From an uncultured Brevundimonas sp. (GTDB lineage: Bacteria > Pseudomonadota > Alphaproteobacteria > Caulobacterales > Caulobacteraceae): a DNA stretch of 44,394 bases. Location: assembly GCA_966210875.1 (NCBI GenBank), contig CBIHLR010000001.1:1-44394 (forward strand). Direction: 5' to 3'. The first letter of the stretch is position 1. Each line of letters opens with the position of its first letter. This document shows positions 40,538 through 44,394 of the stretch, one piece after another. The notes beneath the pieces are model-generated. The model had not been told where the DNA came from, ran no database searches, and saw only the letters and a list, made by a program, of their open reading frames with translations. A program made the translations under genes and the position numbers.

Positions 40538-42388
40538 TCAGCCTGTGGGCCTCAGCCGCCGCGTCAGCGCCCGCACCGATGCTTCCAGCCGCTCGAACCG
40601 CCTGGCCGACTCCGCCTTCTCGGCCTCCAGCCGCTCGAACCGCCCGGCCGACTCCGCCTTCTCGGCCTCCCGCCGCTGAGCCACGCGGATCGCGCGCCCC
40701 ACCGGTTCGGCGATGATTTCCAGCGCCTCGCGCTCCTCCTTGCCCGGCAGGGTGCCGTCGGGCCGAGGCCCCAGCAGCATCCAGCCCGCCACCGCTCCGC
40801 CCCCCGCCGGTAGCGCCAGCCGCACGGGCCAGTCCGGGTCGCGCTTGTCGCGCCGCAGGCCGGCGTCCGCCGCCTCCGGACGCCAGGCTACCGCGCCCGG
40901 CCCGCTCTGCGCCGCCACGCTCCAGCCCTCGCCATCACGCACCAGCACCGCGCCGCCAGACGCCCGCACCCCGGCCATCGCATGGCGCATCGCCGTCTCG
41001 GACAGACAGGCAACTGTGTCGGCGTCGCGCATCTCGTCCATGTCGTGCGGTAGCTGTTTGCGCATCCGCACCAGCGCGCCCTGGAAGCGCCTCTCCGACC
41101 AGCGCGACAATCCATGATGCAGCGGCAGGATCGCCGCCGCCGCCAGTCCTGCGGCGATCGCCCCGCCCAGACCGCCGAGGCCGCCGCCCAGATACTGCTC
41201 GCCCAGCACCTCGATGGCTTTCTCGGCCCCCGCGAATACCGCGACCACCGCCAGCGTCAGTGCCCCGGCCGACACCGAGCGGCTGATCGCCGTGTCCGCA
41301 TCATAAAGCCGGTGGCGTAGGATCGAGATGAGCAGCCCGCCGAGCAGACAGCCGATCGACAGAACGCTAAGCAACTGCGTAGCGACGATCGCCAACAGCC
41401 TCAGGCCGGTGCTTTCGGTCTCCCGCACCGCGAACTCCACGCCACTGCCGGCCGCGCCGAAGGCCACAAAGAGGATCAGGCCCAGCAGGGTCCACTTGAT
41501 CTGCTGGCGTTCCACCCCCGGCGCGGCCTTGACGTATCGGCGTCCAATGGCGACGGCGCACAGGGCGAACATCCCGACGCCAGTCAAAATTCCGATGACG
41601 CTCGCCTCGTCCGGGCGCACCAGACCCCAGATGAGCACCACTGGCAGGATCGCGGTCCCGATCCAGCTCCAGCGCGTATCGAAACGGCCGTTCGGGAACA
41701 TCAGAAGCGCCATGAACAGACAGGCGTTGATGACGAAACCCAATCCCTCCAGGATCGGCTCCACCAGTGCGGGCGGCGCCACGGCTCCGACGGGGAATGA
41801 GACCAGCGCCGTCAGGAGGCCCACGGAGAACAGGGCCGCCACCGGATCGCTCGGCCTGCGCCAGAACAGCAGGCCCGCCGTCGCCAGGGCGAGCAGGCTC
41901 AGCAGGGTGCTGCTGATCCAGTAGAACATCGACCGGGCCGCATAAGGCATGGGCACGATGGCGTCCGCGGCCCTGAGATGTTCCGCGGACCGGGTCAGCA
42001 CCGCGTCGCGCGTCTCGCCTTCCGGCGTCCGCAGTGTGACCGTCACCCTCGATCCCTCCGGACCCTCGAGGCGACGCGTCGCCGCGTCGATGCCGGACAT
42101 CCCCCAGGAGGCCGGCTCGCCGTCGATCGCCAGCAACTCGCTGCCGGTCACCACCCCGGCTTCGGCTGCCGGCTCGCCTAGGGGCCCGAACAGGGTCAGC
42201 TGACCGTTCCGGTCAAACCGGAGGCCGACGCCGTAGGCCGCAAGCGATTGCCGGTCCGTCTGCACCTTGGACAGCCACATGCCTCCGGTCGCCGCGAACA
42301 GACCCGCCAGCGCCAGCACGCACCACAGCACCCGATACGCCGCCAGCCAACGCCCGGTCAGTCTCGGCAGGGCGGTCGGCAGTTCCAT
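40538..42388 (-). CDS. multi-pass membrane sensor-like protein (PDZ + TM bundle + GAF-like, no output domain)
   Basis: Start MELPTALPRL. PAAEAGVVTGSELLAIDG...GPEGSRVTVTLR (PDZ); FPNGRF, ERQQIKW, ILRHRLYD membrane module; GWMLLGPRPDG GAF-like segment. Confidence 0.75.
   Translation of the reverse strand: MELPTALPRLTGRWLAAYRVLWCVLALAGLFAATGGMWLSKVQTDRQSLAAYGVGLRFDRNGQLTLFGPLGEPAAEAGVVTGSELLAIDGEPASWGMSGIDAATRRLEGPEGSRVTVTLRTPEGETRDAVLTRSAEHLRAADAIVPMPYAARSMFYWISSTLLSLLALATAGLLFWRRPSDPVAALFSVGLLTALVSFPVGAVAPPALVEPILEGLGFVINACLFMALLMFPNGRFDTRWSWIGTAILPVVLIWGLVRPDEASVIGILTGVGMFALCAVAIGRRYVKAAPGVERQQIKWTLLGLILFVAFGAAGSGVEFAVRETESTGLRLLAIVATQLLSVLSIGCLLGGLLISILRHRLYDADTAISRSVSAGALTLAVVAVFAGAEKAIEVLGEQYLGGGLGGLGGAIAAGLAAAAILPLHHGLSRWSERRFQGALVRMRKQLPHDMDEMRDADTVACLSETAMRHAMAGVRASGGAVLVRDGEGWSVAAQSGPGAVAWRPEAADAGLRRDKRDPDWPVRLALPAGGGAVAGWMLLGPRPDGTLPGKEEREALEIIAEPVGRAIRVAQRREAEKAESAGRFERLEAEKAESARRFERLEASVRALTRRLRPTG
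40584..40667. repeat. 42-bp in-frame tandem duplication
   Basis: tccagccgctcgaaccgcc(t/c)ggccgactccgccttctcggcc twice with 1 mismatch; encodes EAEKAESA(G/R)RFERL twice. Confidence 0.9.
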
Positions 42389-42517
42389 GGCGGTCCCCTC
42401 CGCGAACCTGACGCCGCAGACCGATGCTATCGAAATGCTTTGTCGGCGCAAACCAGGAGGAGTCGGGCTTGGCGACATTGCCTCGCCAGAGCAGCCCTCC
42501 CGCGCGGAGCTCCAGAT

Positions 42518-42769
42518 GTCCGCAATGGGTCGAAAGCGGACCCGCGGCGATGTCGGCGATCAGTGTCCGTTTCCCGGCCCGGCCTGAATGTCCGCTCCTG
42601 GCGCATAGCTGCCGCTAGGTCGGTTTGCGCATGATGTGCATTCCACGAAGCGGCTGAGCTCCGCTTGGCGAATGAGGTCGATTCCATGCAGCCCTTACCG
42701 GCGGCATCCTGCCTGGGCAGCGCTCCAGAAGCGGACGTTTAGAATGCGCGATTGCGACCCTACAGAGAC
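42518..42769. repeat. cluster of four junction palindromes in mirror arrangement
   Basis: Plus strand: GTCCGC-AAT-GGGTCG-AAA-GCGGAC (42518) and GTCCGC-TCC-TGGCGC-ATA-GCTGCC (42590). Minus strand: GTCCGC-TTC-TGGAGC-GCT-GCCCAG (42736-42713) and GTCTCT-GTA-GGGTCG-CAA-TCGCGC (42769-42746). Confidence 0.7.
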
Positions 42770-42858
42770 TATGCCGGCCTCAAGCGATATGGGCCTAGGA
42801 TCACGCCTTGATCCTAGGCCTAATGGCCTTCAGGTTTGGAGGCTAACACGTTGGAGGC

Positions 42859-43044
42859 GTGAGATTGATGCAGAGAGAGGCGGCGGAGAAGGGATGCAGG
42901 CTGTCAGCGGCCCTACATATTATCCGGATCGCAACTCTCGGTGCTTGGGGCGCTGCGGTATACACCAAGGAAGCTTTCTGGGTTTTTTCCGCAATCGCCC
43001 TGATGGCCGTAACCGCCTTGATGGTTGCGCTTCGGTTGCGGTAG
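42859..43044 (+). CDS. possible small hydrophobic membrane protein
   Basis: About 58-61 aa; GGAGG upstream; two hydrophobic segments; preceded by a perfect 12-bp hairpin. Confidence 0.35.
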   Translation: MRLMQREAAEKGCRLSAALHIIRIATLGAWGAAVYTKEAFWVFSAIALMAVTALMVALRLR

Positions 43045-43125
43045 CAGTTTCTGCCTGTTGCGAGCAGGTGGATTACCGATAAGGCCTCTTTCCGGCCATC
43101 CTGGATGAAGCCGCCTCGCCGTCTT

Positions 43126-43746
43126 TCAGTCCGTCCGGCGACGGCCCGCCAGCAGGCCCACTGGCTCTTCACGGGTCCAGCAACCATCGAGGGTAGCTCG
43201 GACCTCGCGCCACCAGTCGTAAGCCGGGGAGTTAAGGTTTCCGGTCACTTCAAGCGTCACATTGGCGTTCCGCTCACCTGCTCGCGCATATCTAGTCCAG
43301 AGGATTACAGTCGCGCCGTCCATCAACAGGCTCGGCAGGTCCTCACCGCCGATCCCGATGATGTCCGGATACACCGGCGATAGCCGTTCTAGGCTTTCGA
43401 GAGCGGCAACTAGGCCGGGGCAGTTTCGGGAGTCGGCCCAGCTGACATCCCGTCTGTCCTCGCCGCGACCGCTTTCCAAGCGAGCAAGCCAGTGCCTCCG
43501 CTGGTCTCTCCAGGAGCCGCTGTAGGCAACGTAGAAGCTAGCGATCAGCCATTCTCGGTTATGGAAATAGTGCACACTCAGGGTGGCCTGAGGGTCGCGT
43601 TGGTGGACATCGATCTCACGCGCCGCTGCGGTTCGCTCCCTGAGCGACTGTGCTAGCGACGGCGGGGCGACAAAGATAACCGCCAACGCCGCGAAAAGCG
43701 ACGCTGCAAAGCCGAAGGTCCGTAAGGCGTCGGGGCGTCTGTGCAT
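43126..43746 (-). CDS. hypothetical secreted protein
   Basis: 206 aa with signal peptide (FGFAASLFAALAVIFVAPPSLA); WADSRNCPGL and LDGCW Cys pair. Confidence 0.7.
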   Translation of the reverse strand: MHRRPDALRTFGFAASLFAALAVIFVAPPSLAQSLRERTAAAREIDVHQRDPQATLSVHYFHNREWLIASFYVAYSGSWRDQRRHWLARLESGRGEDRRDVSWADSRNCPGLVAALESLERLSPVYPDIIGIGGEDLPSLLMDGATVILWTRYARAGERNANVTLEVTGNLNSPAYDWWREVRATLDGCWTREEPVGLLAGRRRTD

Positions 43747-43768
43747 GATGGCACCCTAATCGTTGAAA

Positions 43769-43792
43769 GTCCGCTTTCCACTAATTGCGGAC
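43769..43792. repeat. junction palindrome with perfect arms
   Basis: GTCCGC-TTT-CCACTA-ATT-GCGGAC, 22 bp upstream of the start codon at 43746. Confidence 0.7.
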
Positions 43793-43882
43793 GGCGAGCT
43801 TGAGAGCGATGGCCCGCGGCAACCGTCGGTTGCCGACAGACTATCGCGCCGCCCTGAGCTAACATTGGCCAGGAGCGAAAGC

Positions 43883-44053
43883 ATGCGAGCGCCGGACGGA
43901 CCTCTTGTAGAACCACCCGAAGTTGTGGTGCTCGACGGTGAAGTGTTGTTGATCGGCGAACGGGTTTCCGTTGCCTACACCCCGGGAGCCGCACGGGTTC
44001 TCGCGGATCGGCTAGCGCTGGCGCTGCGCTTGGTACTGCCAGCTGAAGAGTGA
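43883..44053 (+). CDS. small hypothetical protein (56 aa)
   Basis: RBS AGGAG; MRAPDGPLVEPPEVVVLDGEVLLIGERVSVAYTPGAARVLADRL. Confidence 0.6.
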   Translation: MRAPDGPLVEPPEVVVLDGEVLLIGERVSVAYTPGAARVLADRLALALRLVLPAEE

Positions 44054-44171
44054 AAGCTGAACGTCATATTCCAACAGTCCTGCGGTCTGCATATGCTCTA
44101 CAAGCGGCGTAGCGGTTGCGGCCTGTGCCAAAATACACGGGATGAGGGATGATCGAATTGGGGGGACGGCC

Positions 44172-44394
44172 ATGAAGGGCAATAGTGTGCTCTTGGACAT
44201 GGACCAAGCCGACCTGGACCATCTCAAGCCCCACCTCATTACGCGCCAGGCGATCAACGGCGAACGCTTGATCGCCCCGGGGACAATGGTTGAAAATGTC
44301 TACTTCCCGGAGTCGGCGGTTCTCACGAACATCGTAACCTTCGCTGATGGAAGGGCTGCAGAAGCTTACCTAGTTGGGTCCGAGGGGGTGGGTG
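44172..44394 (+). CDS. Crp/Fnr family transcriptional regulator (3' end outside window)
   Basis: MKGNSVLLDMDQADLDHLKPHL...VENVYFPESAVL...DGRAAEAYLVGSEGVG, a cNMP-binding N-domain; RBS GGGGGA. Confidence 0.8.
   Translation, partial: MKGNSVLLDMDQADLDHLKPHLITRQAINGERLIAPGTMVENVYFPESAVLTNIVTFADGRAAEAYLVGSEGVG

Larger units (their letters stand above)
24892..44394. mobile_element. tRNA-Ser-linked genomic island (right end beyond window)
   Basis: Starts right after the tRNA 3' end. Serine recombinase/DUF2924/MTase/DUF5681 backbone followed by heterogeneous cargo (mer, IS6, AT-richer genes). No repeat of the tRNA 3' end found in the window. Confidence 0.8.

Noticed and set aside
29592-43792. Island palindromes as a CRISPR array, integron attC sites or XerCD dif sites
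   Set aside because: Spacing is irregular and the copies are too diverged for CRISPR, with no cas genes. There are no RYYYAAC/GTTRRRY ends or intI gene. There is no TTATGTTAAAT-like XerD arm.
29592-43792. Island palindromes as ordinary terminators
   Set aside because: Stems are only about 6 bp, often mismatched, with 12-13 nt loops and no U-tracts; some copies lie upstream of genes.
24870-44394. attR direct repeat of the tRNA-Ser 3' end
   Set aside because: No copy was found by eye within the window, so the right boundary of the island is not assigned.

Overview
High-GC alphaproteobacterial chromosome window; the gene content points to Caulobacteraceae (Brevundimonas/Phenylobacterium-like). 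Positions 1-24.9 kb are mostly core genome: serC (5' partial), a PagL-like deacylase, purA, a Cle-type CheY-like c-di-GMP effector, rpoH, motA, mnmC, a GT47/GT10 glycosyltransferase fusion next to tRNA-Val(GAC), cpdR, N-formylglutamate amidohydrolase with a convergent SuhB/MmgR-type sRNA, a KefC-type antiporter, DUF885, a BA14K protein, an ArsR-SRPBCC-GST operon, a URC1-URC4-upp cluster and msrA. From tRNA-Ser(GGA) (24802-24891) to the window end lies an integrated genomic island. It has a backbone of large serine recombinase, DUF2924, ParB-fused DNA methyltransferase and DUF5681. Its cargo is a mer operon with an extra disulfide reductase, a SAM methyltransferase, receiver/PilZ/Crp proteins, two IS6 copies and membrane/secreted hypotheticals. 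The most striking unexplained structure is a family of about 15 short imperfect palindromes (GTCCGC-NNN-6 bp core-NNN-GCGGAC). I found them only at cargo-module junctions inside the island. They abut or contain stop codons and form regular pairs, which suggests an integron/pdif-like gene-cassette system. A phased CAGGG array lies at the island's tRNA-proximal end. All calls come from reading the sequence and recognising motifs; no database searches were run.
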